Source: Gemmatimonadales bacterium (GTDB lineage Bacteria; Gemmatimonadota; Gemmatimonadetes; Gemmatimonadales; GWC2-71-9). From it: 58,957 bases of DNA. Position 1 is the stretch's first letter. Each line of letters starts with the position of its first letter. A program made the translations under genes and the position numbers. The stretch covers positions 1 through 58,957 of the forward strand of contig JBDSMX010000263.1 in the NCBI GenBank assembly GCA_039915645.1. Reading direction: 5' to 3'. Shown in pieces: positions 49,426 to 58,957 of the stretch. A model generated the notes under the pieces. It made no database searches. It saw only the letters and a list, made by a program, of their open reading frames with translations, and had not been told where the DNA came from.

Positions 49426-50787
49426 CTACAGTCCGTACCGCTCCAGCCGGCGATACATCGCGCTGCGGCTGAGGCCGAGCGCCTTCGCGGCCTCGGAGAC
49501 ATTGCTCCCGGTTCGCGCCAAGGCCTTCTGGATCAGGACACGCTCGACGTCCTCAAGTGTCATCTGATCGAGATGCGCACTTCCCTCGCCACTGGAACTC
49601 AGTCCGAGGTCGCCGACACGAATCTGGTTGCCATCTGCCAGCAGTACCGCACGCTCCACCGTGTGATCGAGCTCGCGGATGTTGCCGGGCCAGGCATAGC
49701 CGAGCACCGCCGCCATCGCATCGGGATGGAAGCCGTTGAGAGCTTTCCGGTAGCGCGCGGCGTACTTCTCGAGGAAGTGCGCGGCGAGCTGAGGAATGTC
49801 CTCGCGACGCTCACGGAGTGCCGGAATCCGGATCTCAATGGTGTTCAACCGGTAGAGCAAGTCTTCGCGGAACCGGCCCGACGAGACTTCGTTGCGAAGA
49901 TCGGCATTGGTCGCGGAAAAGACGCGCACTTCGACCGTGCGGGTCTTGGAGGACCCCACCCGTTCGAACTCGCCGGTATTGAGCACCCGGAGCAGCTTCG
50001 CCTGCTGGCTCTGGGTGATGTTCGCGATTTCATCGAGAAAGAGGGTGCCGCGATCGGCGAGTTCGAATCGACCGATGCGGTCGCTCTTGGCATCGGTGAA
50101 CGCGCCCTTGAGGTGACCAAAGAGTTCGCTCTCGAAGACCCCTTCGGAGAGGCCGCCGACGTTCACCGTGATCATCGGGCGGGCGGCACGGGCACTTGCC
50201 GCGTGGAGCCAGCGCGCCGCGATCTCCTTGCCCACCCCGTGCTCACCGAGGATGAGCGCATTCGCATCACTCGGCGCAACACGCGCCATCAGCTTGGCGG
50301 TGGCCCGCATCGCCGGCGATTCGGTCACCAGATCGGGCAAGCCCTCGCGCCGCAGCGACTGGTTCTCGCTTTCGAGCCGCTGACTTCGACGCAGTGCGCG
50401 TCCGAGCTCGACCTGGGTGCGAAGCAGCGCCACGAGTCGGTGATTGTCCCAGGGCTTCTCGATGTAGTCGCGCGCGCCGTGCCGCATCGCCTCGACCGCC
50501 CCTTCGACGCTCCCGAACGCCGTCATCACCACGACCGGCAGGGCCGCATCGAGCGACTGGATCCGGGTCAGCACGTCGAGCCCTTCCCGGCCCGAGGTGG
50601 TGTCTCGGGTGTAATTGAGATCCATCAGGAGCGCATCAAAGTCGCTCCGCTCCAGCGCGGCGAGCACGCCCGCCGGGGAGGTCGCCGTTTCCACGGCGAA
50701 GCCCTCGTTGCGAAGCAGCAGGCGCAGCGCCTGGAGGATGTCCGACTGGTCGTCGGCGACGAGAATGCGCGGCGCGGGGAGGCCCAT
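49426..50787 (-). CDS. Sigma54-dependent response regulator (NtrC family)
   Basis: REC domain (ADD, MDLN, KPW), GEHGVGKE, ESELFGH, GAFTDA, WPGNIREL, Fis-type HTH. Confidence 0.95.
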   Translation of the reverse strand: MGLPAPRILVADDQSDILQALRLLLRNEGFAVETATSPAGVLAALERSDFDALLMDLNYTRDTTSGREGLDVLTRIQSLDAALPVVVMTAFGSVEGAVEAMRHGARDYIEKPWDNHRLVALLRTQVELGRALRRSQRLESENQSLRREGLPDLVTESPAMRATAKLMARVAPSDANALILGEHGVGKEIAARWLHAASARAARPMITVNVGGLSEGVFESELFGHLKGAFTDAKSDRIGRFELADRGTLFLDEIANITQSQQAKLLRVLNTGEFERVGSSKTRTVEVRVFSATNADLRNEVSSGRFREDLLYRLNTIEIRIPALRERREDIPQLAAHFLEKYAARYRKALNGFHPDAMAAVLGYAWPGNIRELDHTVERAVLLADGNQIRVGDLGLSSSGEGSAHLDQMTLEDVERVLIQKALARTGSNVSEAAKALGLSRSAMYRRLERYGL

Positions 50788-50800
50788 GGGTACCCGGAAT

Positions 50801-51466
50801 CTACTCCGGGACCAGCCAGCCGTCCTTGAGGCGAATGATCCGGTTGCCGAACCGGGCGTTCTCCTCCGAGTGCGTCACCTGGATCACCGTGGTACCGGCA
50901 TTGTTGAGGGACTTGAATAATTCCATGATTTCGCGCCCCTGCTCCGAGTGCAGGTTGCCGGTGGGCTCGTCGGCGAGGAGCAGCGTCGGCTTGGCGATCA
51001 CCGCGCGGGCGACTGCAACCACCTGCTGCTGACCGCCGGAAAGCTGGCGCGGGAAGAGATCCTTCTTCCCCACCATATGGAAGCGGTCAAGGGTGTCCGC
51101 GACGATGGCCTGACGTTCACTCGACGGAATGTTCCGATAGCTCAGCGGCATATCGAGATTTTCGGCCACGGTGAGTTCATCGAGCAGATGATATTGCTGG
51201 AAGACAAAGCCGACCGCCGAGCGCGAGAGGGCGCTGCGGGCCTTGGGAGCGAGAGCGTGCACGGGATCGTTGCCGAGCCAGTACTCGCCGGTGAAATCGG
51301 CATCGAGCATCCCGAGGATCGAGAGCAACGTCGACTTTCCGGCGCCCGACGGCCCCATGATCGTGACGAATTCACCTGCGGCGATGTTCAACTCGATCCG
51401 CCGCAGCAGGAAGGTCGGCGAGGGCCGTGTGGGGATCGACTTCTCGAGGTTCACGACTCGGATCAC
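50801..51466 (-). CDS. ABC transporter ATP-binding protein (MacB/LolD-like)
   Basis: [28 protein letters not shown]. Confidence 0.95.
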   Translation of the reverse strand: MIRVVNLEKSIPTRPSPTFLLRRIELNIAAGEFVTIMGPSGAGKSTLLSILGMLDADFTGEYWLGNDPVHALAPKARSALSRSAVGFVFQQYHLLDELTVAENLDMPLSYRNIPSSERQAIVADTLDRFHMVGKKDLFPRQLSGGQQQVVAVARAVIAKPTLLLADEPTGNLHSEQGREIMELFKSLNNAGTTVIQVTHSEENARFGNRIIRLKDGWLVPE

Positions 51467-51518
51467 GAAAGCTCCGCAGCAACAGGATCAGGAAGGTGCC
51501 GAAAACTATCGCGCATCG

Positions 51519-53936
51519 TCACTCGATGCGGAGGACTGCCATCGGATCGATCTTCGCCGCCCGTCGCGCGGGAATCCAGGCCGCCAGCCACGCGGTCGCC
51601 AGCAGGACCGCCGTGGCAGCGGCGAGCATGACCGGGTCAGCAGCATCGACCTGATACAGCTGCGTACGAAGGGCCCGCGATCCGATCAGATAGAGCCCCA
51701 GACCCGCGGCAGAACCGGCCAGCGTGGCGCCGAGTGCCCCGCCAACGATCATCTGCACCACCGATGCGGCACGAGCCCCAAGGGCCATCCGGATGCCGAT
51801 CTCGCGCCGTCGCCGCGACACGCCCTGCGCCACGACGCCGTAGATGCCCAGCGAGGCCAGCAGCAGTGCCGCCGCGCCGAAGATGCCGAGGAGGGTACCG
51901 AAGAGTCGTGGCTGGGCAACCGATGCGGTCAGGCCGGACGAGAGCGGGCCGAGGTCACTGACCGGCATGTCGGGATCGACCTGATGCACTGCATCGCGAA
52001 GGCCGCCTACGACGGCGAGTGGGTCGCCGCGCACCTTGGCAAAGAGATTGAAGGCTGAACGCGGAAAGATCGCGAGTGGAACATACGCCGCCGGAGCCGC
52101 CGGCTTCGCGAGCCCCTCATGGTGCACGTCGCCGACCACGCCGACCACGACCCCCTCCGCGGAACCCATCCGGAATCGCTGCCCAACTGCATCCTGACCG
52201 GGCCACCCCTGCCTGGCGAACGCGAGACTTGCGACCACCGGGATCACGGCACGCGTGCTGTCGGCAGTGACGAAATCGCGTCCGCTCAGCATCGGAATCG
52301 AGAGGGCCGCAAAGTAGCCAGGCGTCACCATGAACACGCCGGCCGCGGGCGACAAGGTATCCACTGCCCCACTCGCGCGGACCACCTGGAGCGCATACGG
52401 CTCACCACCGCCGGTGAGAGGCGCCCGCTTGCTGCCGCCAACCGCCACGACGCCGGGAACCTGAGCAATCCGCTCGAGCAGGTCGTGGCGGAACGGCTCG
52501 TAGCTGGCCGGACCGGTAAATCGCGGCCCCTGGAGCGTCACCCGCATCGTGGCGACGCCGTCGGTGCGGAAACCGGGGTCGACGTGGGTGAGTTTCCATA
52601 ACGAAGTCAGCGTGAGGACTGCGCCGCAGAGCAACAAGACGGCAAAACCACTCTCCGCTGCGAGCAATCCGTTGGCCAGTTGCCCCGAACCGTTGCTCTG
52701 GCCGCGGCCTTCGCGTAGTGACGTGTTGGCGGATGGATTGGCGCTACGGAAAGCTGGCAGCAGACCGACCATCAGGAACGAAGCGCCTCCGGCAAGCACT
52801 GCAAATCCGGCGATGACCGGATCGATGGCGATCTCGCTCGCGCGCGGCAATGTCTCCGCCGCCAGCGATACGAGGAATGGCACCCCGAGCCAGGCCAGCA
52901 GCAGGCCGAGGGCCGCAGCCGCAAAGGTGAGGACAGCGCTCTCGAGCAGAAGCTGCCCCACCAGTCGCCGCCGCGATGCACCGAGCGCAGCCCGGATTGC
53001 CAGCTCGCGAGTGCGCGACAGCCCCCGGGCCAGCATCAGGTGCGCCACATTCACACACGCGATCAGCATCACCAGCCCAACGGCGATCAGCAGCGCAAGC
53101 AACGGCGTGCGGACGTCGCCCGTGAGGAATTCGGTGAGCGGCTGCATCGCGGCCACGCCCCATCCCTTGTTGCTCTCCGGGAAGCTCCGCTCGAGTCGTG
53201 CGAAGATGTCACTGACCTGCGCCTTCGCTGCGTCGGCCGAGACACCGGGTGCGAGGCGCCCGATCGCGTTGAGCCAGCGGACCGGTCGAATGTGGGGCAC
53301 ATCATCATTTGTCATCAGCGAGAGCGGCAGCCACATCTGGGCTTCGGCACTCGGGAAGGCAAATGCCGGCGGCATCACCCCAATGACTTGATACGGCGTG
53401 CCGTCGAGCCGGACCACCTTGCCGACCACATCGGGAGCACCGCCAAGGCGGCTGCGCCAGAACGCGTCGCTGAGGACGACGACACGATTTTCTCCCGGTC
53501 GATCCTCAGCCACGCCGAAGGTGCGGCCGCGCCGAGCCGTGGCGCCGAGGGTACTGAAGAGGCGGCCATCAACCATCGCAGCGGAGACGTTGAGCGGCTC
53601 GCCGACGCCAGTGAGGTTTCTTGTTCCAAGCCCCGGGGTGAAGAAATAGGCCGCGGCAGAACTGAAGCGGGTTGCCCCAGCGCGCATGTCGTCGAAATCT
53701 TGTGGTGAGAAGCCTCCGTAGACCGCACCGCGCTCCGCGCGCTGATGACCGATCTGCACCAATGCCTGAGGCTGCTCGAACGGCAGCTCACGAAACAGGA
53801 CGGCCCGGACGACGGTGAAGATCGCCGTGCTGGCACCGATGCCGAGCGCAAGCGTCGCCAGTGCGATGCCGGTGAAGCCGGGGGTGCGCCAGAGTGAGCG
53901 CACCGCCCGTCGGAGATCCTGCCAGCTGTTCTGCAT
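51519..53936 (-). CDS. ADOP-family duplicated MacB/FtsX-type ABC permease
   Basis: WQDLRRAVRSLWRTPGF..LALGIGA, LIACVNVAHL, RELAIRAALGA, REIGIRMALGA, PARRAAKIDPM. Confidence 0.92.
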   Translation of the reverse strand: MQNSWQDLRRAVRSLWRTPGFTGIALATLALGIGASTAIFTVVRAVLFRELPFEQPQALVQIGHQRAERGAVYGGFSPQDFDDMRAGATRFSSAAAYFFTPGLGTRNLTGVGEPLNVSAAMVDGRLFSTLGATARRGRTFGVAEDRPGENRVVVLSDAFWRSRLGGAPDVVGKVVRLDGTPYQVIGVMPPAFAFPSAEAQMWLPLSLMTNDDVPHIRPVRWLNAIGRLAPGVSADAAKAQVSDIFARLERSFPESNKGWGVAAMQPLTEFLTGDVRTPLLALLIAVGLVMLIACVNVAHLMLARGLSRTRELAIRAALGASRRRLVGQLLLESAVLTFAAAALGLLLAWLGVPFLVSLAAETLPRASEIAIDPVIAGFAVLAGGASFLMVGLLPAFRSANPSANTSLREGRGQSNGSGQLANGLLAAESGFAVLLLCGAVLTLTSLWKLTHVDPGFRTDGVATMRVTLQGPRFTGPASYEPFRHDLLERIAQVPGVVAVGGSKRAPLTGGGEPYALQVVRASGAVDTLSPAAGVFMVTPGYFAALSIPMLSGRDFVTADSTRAVIPVVASLAFARQGWPGQDAVGQRFRMGSAEGVVVGVVGDVHHEGLAKPAAPAAYVPLAIFPRSAFNLFAKVRGDPLAVVGGLRDAVHQVDPDMPVSDLGPLSSGLTASVAQPRLFGTLLGIFGAAALLLASLGIYGVVAQGVSRRRREIGIRMALGARAASVVQMIVGGALGATLAGSAAGLGLYLIGSRALRTQLYQVDAADPVMLAAATAVLLATAWLAAWIPARRAAKIDPMAVLRIE

Positions 53937-53978
53937 TGGTGCTCCTGCCCAGCGATGCTAGGCGAGTCCTGGTGTGAC

Positions 53979-56450
53979 CTACTCGCCCCGCAGCGCTTCA
54001 ACTGGATCGACACTCGTTGCGCGACGCGCCGGAAGCCAGGTCGCCAGCACGGTCACCGCGAGGAGGAGCAGCGGAATCCCCACGAAGGTGACCGGATCGT
54101 TCGGCGAGACCTGGAACAACAACCGGTCGGTGGCACCGAGCGCGGCCTTGGTGTCGAGCGCCTTGAGGAGGTTGGTAAAGGCGAACGCGGCAACGAGGCC
54201 GAAGCCAACACCAATCACGGCCAACCGCATCCCCTGCCCCATCACCAGCTTCTGCACTTCCCCAGGAGTGGCGCCGAGCGCGAGGCGCACGCCGAGTTCC
54301 TTGGAGCGCTGGGTCACGGTGTAGGACATCACGCCGTAGAGCCCGATCGCCGCAAGGCCTGCCGCGAGTATCGAGAAGACCGTCAGCAACACCATGGAGA
54401 ATCGGCGTGGCCCGGTACTAATGGAGACCAGCTCATCCATCTGCGACACGTTGGCGATGGCCACGTCACCATCGACCTGCTTGAGCGCTGCCCGCACACC
54501 ATTCAGGACCTGCGTCGGTTCCCCGGTGGTGCGGACGGCGTAGGTCATGAATCCGGCGCCGACCTGCGCCACCGGGAAGTAGACCTGCACCCGCTTCTCG
54601 GCGTCGAGACCCTCGTGCATCGTGTGACCCACGACGCCAACGACGGTAATCCAGGTGATGCTCGTGTCGGTGAACTCATCGAAGGTGATCCGCTTGCCGA
54701 TCGGATCCTGATTCGGCCAGAAGCGCTTCACCAGCTCCTCGTCGACCACGACAACGGCCGGCGTGCCGAGGCGATCCTGTGGCGTGAAGAACCGTCCCTT
54801 GAGCAGTGGTGCCCCGAGCGTGCCGAGGAAGCCGGCAGTGATGGTGCGAATGTCACCCCAGGGCCTCGATGCTTTTGGTGGGACGACGAAGCCCTCGACA
54901 TTGAATGACGCGGTGCTCCAGTTGTTCGTGAACGGGAGCACGGAGGTCGCGCCGGCGGAGACCACTCCCGGTACGGCGGCGATCGCCTCGGTCGCCCGAT
55001 CGAAGTACGCGATTCGCGTGGTGTCGTTGGGATATTTCGCCACCGGCAGCCCGACACTGAACGTCAGCAGGTGATCCGGGCGGAAGCCTGGATCCACTTG
55101 CAGCAGCTGGGTGAAGGAGCGCGTCAGCAAGCCGGCACCGACGAGCAGCGTGAGCGCAACGGCAACCGTGGCCACCACCAGCCCGCGTCTCAGTGCCAGT
55201 CCGCCGCGATCGCCTGCGGCGCCGCGGCCGCCCTCTTTGAGTGTCTCCTGCAGTGAGGTGCGGGACACCCGAAGCGCTGGCGCCAGACCGAAGAGCAGCC
55301 CCGTTCCCACCGCGAGCACCAGCGTGAAGGCGAGCACCTTGCCGTCGAGGCCGATAGCGCTGGCGGATGGGAGGTTGCGCTCATTGAGCGAGAGCAGCGC
55401 CGGCACACCCCACGTCGCCAGGAGAAGTCCGAGGCCGCCGCCGAGCAGCGAGAGCAGGACGCTTTCGGTGAGCAGTTGCTTGACGAGGTCGCCAGGCGAA
55501 GCGCCGAGGGCAACGCGCACCGCGATCTCGCGGGAGCGCGAGGCGGCCCGTGCCAGCTGCAGATTGGCGACGTTGGCGCAGGCGATGAGCAGTACCAGCG
55601 CAACCGCACCGAGGAGGACGAACATCGCGCGACGCATCCCCGAGGACGTCACCTGGTTGGAGAGTGAGGAGAGCGCGAGGTCCCAGTCCTCAGGGAACGC
55701 GTCGGGACGATCGAGCTTGATCCGCTTGGCAAGCGCGTGCATCTCGCGTTGCCCGACGTCGAGCGTGACGCCGTCCTTGAGTCGTGCCGTGAGGGCGAGG
55801 AATTCGTTGCCGAAGGATCCTGAAAGCTGGCTCTGGGTGAAGGCCTGGGGGACCCACAGGTCAGTGCCGGTGTTGAGCATCGAGGTGAACGCCGGAGGCA
55901 TCACGCCGACAATCTCGTAGCTCTCGCCGTTGAGCAGCATTTGTTGACCGACGATGCTCTTGTCGGCCCCGTAGCCGCGCCGCCAGTAGGCGTCGCTGAG
56001 CACCACCACGTGCTCGCTGCCCAAAGTCGATTCGTCGGCCCGAAGCGCGCGGCCCATCGCGGGCTGGACGCCATATGTCCCGAAGTAGTCGCCCGCCACG
56101 CGCTGCGCCTGCAGCCGGCTCGCATCGCCGTGACCCGTGAGCGTCGGGCCCCACCCGCTGCTGACCGACACCTTGCTGAAGACCTTGGTCTGTTGCTGGT
56201 ATTCCTTGAAGCCCGGCACCGACACCGATGCCTTGAGATTCTTGAGCGACGGATAATGGTGGTTGAGCACCACCAATTGCTCCGGACGCTCGAAGGGCAG
56301 CGGTCGCAAGACCACAGCGTTGATGACCGAGAAGATGGCCGTGTTCGCCCCGATCCCGAGCCCCAGGGTGAGAGTCGCCACCAGGGCGTACCCCGGGCTG
56401 CGACGCAGTGTCCGTACCGCGTAGCGGATATTGTTGCTCATCGCAGCCAT
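53979..56450 (-). CDS. ADOP-family duplicated MacB/FtsX-type ABC permease
   Basis: IRYAVRTLRRSPG..LGLGIGANTAIFS, LIACANVANL, REIAVRVALGA, PARRATSVDP. Start at ATG 56450. Confidence 0.92.
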   Translation of the reverse strand: MAAMSNNIRYAVRTLRRSPGYALVATLTLGLGIGANTAIFSVINAVVLRPLPFERPEQLVVLNHHYPSLKNLKASVSVPGFKEYQQQTKVFSKVSVSSGWGPTLTGHGDASRLQAQRVAGDYFGTYGVQPAMGRALRADESTLGSEHVVVLSDAYWRRGYGADKSIVGQQMLLNGESYEIVGVMPPAFTSMLNTGTDLWVPQAFTQSQLSGSFGNEFLALTARLKDGVTLDVGQREMHALAKRIKLDRPDAFPEDWDLALSSLSNQVTSSGMRRAMFVLLGAVALVLLIACANVANLQLARAASRSREIAVRVALGASPGDLVKQLLTESVLLSLLGGGLGLLLATWGVPALLSLNERNLPSASAIGLDGKVLAFTLVLAVGTGLLFGLAPALRVSRTSLQETLKEGGRGAAGDRGGLALRRGLVVATVAVALTLLVGAGLLTRSFTQLLQVDPGFRPDHLLTFSVGLPVAKYPNDTTRIAYFDRATEAIAAVPGVVSAGATSVLPFTNNWSTASFNVEGFVVPPKASRPWGDIRTITAGFLGTLGAPLLKGRFFTPQDRLGTPAVVVVDEELVKRFWPNQDPIGKRITFDEFTDTSITWITVVGVVGHTMHEGLDAEKRVQVYFPVAQVGAGFMTYAVRTTGEPTQVLNGVRAALKQVDGDVAIANVSQMDELVSISTGPRRFSMVLLTVFSILAAGLAAIGLYGVMSYTVTQRSKELGVRLALGATPGEVQKLVMGQGMRLAVIGVGFGLVAAFAFTNLLKALDTKAALGATDRLLFQVSPNDPVTFVGIPLLLLAVTVLATWLPARRATSVDPVEALRGE

Positions 56451-56469
56451 GGGATTGTCCTTCCGGCGA

Positions 56470-57180
56470 TCAGGCCGGGGAGAGTTCCAGCGCCTGATCC
56501 TCGACGACACGGCCGTCGAAGAGGTGAATCGAACGGTCCGCGTGACGCTCGTAGCGCGGATCGTGGGTCACCATGCAGATGGTGGCTCCGCCGCGATGCA
56601 GTTCCTGCAGCAGTTGCATCACCGATTCGCCGTTGGTGGAATCGAGGTTACCGGTCGGTTCGTCGGCGAGGAGGATCAGTGGCTCGCCTGCCACCGCACG
56701 TGCCACGGCGACGCGCTGCTGCTGACCACCCGAGAGCTGCGCCGGGTAGTGCTTGACCCGATGACTCATCCCGACCTTCTCGAGTGCCGCCATGACCCGC
56801 TGCTTGCGGTCGGCCGGCGCCATCCCGCGGTAGGTCAGCGGCAGCTCGACATTCTCGTACACCGTGAGATCGCCGATCAGGTTGAAGGCCTGGAAGATGA
56901 AGCCGATCTCCCGGTTCCGGATCCGCGCGCGGTCCGACGGCGAGAGCTGCGCCACCGGCTTGTCGTCGAGGTAGTACTCGCCGCCGGTCGGCGTGTCGAG
57001 CAGGCCGAGGAGCGAGAGCAGGGTGGTCTTGCCGCAGCCTGACGGACCGGAGATCGCGACGTACTCGCCCCGCTTCACGTCGAGATGGATCTCGGCGAGC
57101 GCGTGGGTTTCGACTTCGTCGGTGTAGAAGACCTTCTTGATGCCATCGAGTCGGATGAGCGACTGGCCTGGGGACGTCAC
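56470..57180 (-). CDS. ABC transporter ATP-binding protein (MacB/LolD-like)
   Basis: [40 protein letters not shown]. Confidence 0.95.
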   Translation of the reverse strand: MTSPGQSLIRLDGIKKVFYTDEVETHALAEIHLDVKRGEYVAISGPSGCGKTTLLSLLGLLDTPTGGEYYLDDKPVAQLSPSDRARIRNREIGFIFQAFNLIGDLTVYENVELPLTYRGMAPADRKQRVMAALEKVGMSHRVKHYPAQLSGGQQQRVAVARAVAGEPLILLADEPTGNLDSTNGESVMQLLQELHRGGATICMVTHDPRYERHADRSIHLFDGRVVEDQALELSPA

Positions 57181-57230
57181 GTGGGCTCCGGGTGTTGGCG
57201 TTCGGCTACGGGAAACGGACGGGGTACTGG

Positions 57231-58472
57231 TTACTTGATGCGCACGCGATCGACACCGTCAAATCGCGACATATCCGACAGGATCACGATGTCGCCCGGC
57301 TTGAGTCCCCGGACGATCTCGACCGCATTCGCCGAGGTCCGCCCGAGGGTGACCTGCACCCGCTCGGCCTCCTTGCCATCGGGCGTGAGCCGGAAGAGCC
57401 CGATGGTGCTGTTGGCCTGACCGTAGGTGGGCCGCCCGACGTGCATCACCTTGCCGATCCGCTCCAGCTCGATGGTGCCGTCGACACTGAGGTCCGGTCG
57501 GGCGCCCTTGGGCAGCGAGTCGGTCAATGCGACGTCGACGGTCACCGTGCCACCGGTCGAGGATGGGTCGATGCGTGAGACGCGGCCACGCACGAAACCG
57601 TTGCGTGTATCGATCGAGGCGGTCTGCCCCATCGTCACATCACGGGCCTGGTTCTCCTGCACCCGCAGTACGGCCTTGAGCTTCTCGGGTTGCACCACCT
57701 TGGCGATCGTGGTGCCGCTGGTCGCGAACTGCCCCTCCTCGATCGGCATCTCCTGCAGCACCCCGGAGACACCCGCCTTGATCACCATCGCGGCGACGAG
57801 GTTGTGCTGATAGTTGACGACGGCCTTGAGCCGTTCGACCTGCTCCCGCTGCACGGCGAGCTGGGATGGCATGTTGTCGGAGAGGATCTTGAGCCGCTGC
57901 TGCTCGATGTCGAGACGCTCGCGGAGTTCGGTCGCGAGATCGGTCACCTTCGCGAGTTCGAACTTCGAGAGGAGGTCGGGCGACATCGCCTGTGCCGCAT
58001 CCGCCTGCCGCTTGGCCTCGTTGTAGATCGTGCGGGTGGAAGCCACGACACCAACCTGACTCAGACGCTGGGTCTCGAGGTTGCTCTTGAGCGACACCAG
58101 CTGCGCTTCGGCATCGGTGAGCGAGCGCTCGGCTTGCAGGAGCTGGATGTCGACGTCGGGATTGCTGAGACGTAGCAACACCGTTTCCGGGGTGACCCGG
58201 GCCCCGGGAAGCACCAGCTTGGCTTCCACGCGCCCCGCCGCAATCGCGGAGATGAAACGGATCTGCTCAGGTACCAGCGACCCGGGCGCGCGAATGTCGC
58301 GGAGCATCGGGCCGGAGACGACGGAATCGAGCTGGAGCGTGGGGCGATCAACCGAGGGGGCCGCCGGCTTCATCCGGCTCACCAAAACGGTCACGAGCAC
58401 GAGGCCGATCACTCCAGCGCCAATGAGAATTGGGCGCTTGCGATTGGGCTTCTTTTCGCGGGCTACGTCCAC
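57231..58472 (-). CDS. Periplasmic adaptor (membrane fusion protein, HlyD/MacA-like)
   Basis: N-terminal TM, lipoyl halves (AGRVE..PGARV; GVSGVL..EGQF), coiled-coil hairpin, GLKPGDIVI. GTG 58472 follows AAGGA. Confidence 0.9.
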   Translation of the reverse strand: MDVAREKKPNRKRPILIGAGVIGLVLVTVLVSRMKPAAPSVDRPTLQLDSVVSGPMLRDIRAPGSLVPEQIRFISAIAAGRVEAKLVLPGARVTPETVLLRLSNPDVDIQLLQAERSLTDAEAQLVSLKSNLETQRLSQVGVVASTRTIYNEAKRQADAAQAMSPDLLSKFELAKVTDLATELRERLDIEQQRLKILSDNMPSQLAVQREQVERLKAVVNYQHNLVAAMVIKAGVSGVLQEMPIEEGQFATSGTTIAKVVQPEKLKAVLRVQENQARDVTMGQTASIDTRNGFVRGRVSRIDPSSTGGTVTVDVALTDSLPKGARPDLSVDGTIELERIGKVMHVGRPTYGQANSTIGLFRLTPDGKEAERVQVTLGRTSANAVEIVRGLKPGDIVILSDMSRFDGVDRVRIK

Positions 58473-58534
58473 GGCGCATCCTTGCCTGAAGTCAGTCGAC
58501 CCGCAGCGAGTGTGGGTCAGTCGCAGGTTGTAAG

Positions 58535-58597
58535 GGAAGAAGCATGCCGGAACGGGGATTTCCAACTTTTCGGTAAGTCATTGCAAGGCAACGACTT
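58535..58597 (-). promoter_or_regulatory. Candidate sigma54 promoter plus IHF-like palindrome upstream of the adaptor/ABC operon
   Basis: cGGCATgcttcTTCC (GG-N10-CC, a variant -12) at 58535-58549; near-palindrome AAGTCATTGC-AAG-GCAACGACTT at 58575-58597. Confidence 0.45.
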
Positions 58598-58669
58598 CTA
58601 CACCTGTGTTTTGAGTCTCGAGGGGCCGAGTGTCCGGTTGTGGGATTGGGCGTCCCACGACCGGTCGGC

Positions 58670-58957
58670 TCAACTCGCTTCCTGGGCCTCGCGTCGCTCG
58701 ACCGTGGAGACGCCCTTCACCTTCCGGATCGCCTTGAGGACCTTGGCGAGGTGCGGCAGGTTATCGACCTCGACCAGGATCGAGCCGAATGCGGTGCCGT
58801 CCTTGGAGTTGATCTCGGCGCCGCGAATGTTGGTGCCCGTCTGCGAGATGACCTGCATGATGTCGGCATAGAGCCCGCGACGATCCTCGCCGTTGATGAG
58901 CAGGCGCACCGCATAGGTCTCGCCGGTCTGCTCCTGCCAGTCGATCTCGACCCGCCG
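58670..58957 (-). CDS. C-terminal ACT domain of a RelA/SpoT (p)ppGpp synthetase/hydrolase, 5' part outside the window
   Basis: RRVEIDW..YAVRLLINGEDRRGLYADI..TNI..VEVDNLPHLAKVLKAIRKVKGV. Confidence 0.85.
   Translation of the reverse strand, partial: RRVEIDWQEQTGETYAVRLLINGEDRRGLYADIMQVISQTGTNIRGAEINSKDGTAFGSILVEVDNLPHLAKVLKAIRKVKGVSTVERREAQEAS

Overview
GC-rich (roughly two-thirds G+C by eye) bacterial chromosome segment, almost all core genes on the minus strand; only a SurA/PpiD-type chaperone lies on +. The Hanks-kinase style, duplicated ADOP permeases, DUF4321 and FCB-type LptD suggest Gemmatimonadota (inference). Contents from left to right: (1) part of a surface-glycan cluster (O-antigen ligase/polymerase-like gene cut by the window edge, GT4, flippase, asnB-type amidotransferase); (2) rarA, CCA enzyme, SDR, gmhA, PHP phosphatase, alaS, recX, recA, yraN; (3) a tightly coupled TPR-aroQ-M24-efp-accB-pilT/U-accC-comB-ftsK-AI-2E operon; (4) an envelope cluster of epimerase, tolQRAB-pal-cpoB, a single 1184-aa TatC::LptD fusion ORF, a lipoprotein, an SgmX-like TPR protein, polyprenyl synthase, DUF4321 and tatA; (5) uvrB-tsaE-tsaB-rimI-ssb; (6) Ser/Thr kinase, EVE protein and a sigma54 two-component/ADOP ABC module; (7) the 3' end of relA/spoT. 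I recognised no rRNA, tRNA, CRISPR array, transposase or prophage. Best leads: the TatC::LptD polyprotein with an internal signal peptide; a shared TTCGG-N6-TTCGG direct repeat in the recA and uvrB promoters (candidate SOS box); type IV pilus regulators embedded among housekeeping genes; and enrichment of D-S/T-hydrophobic O-glycosylation sequons in exported proteins.
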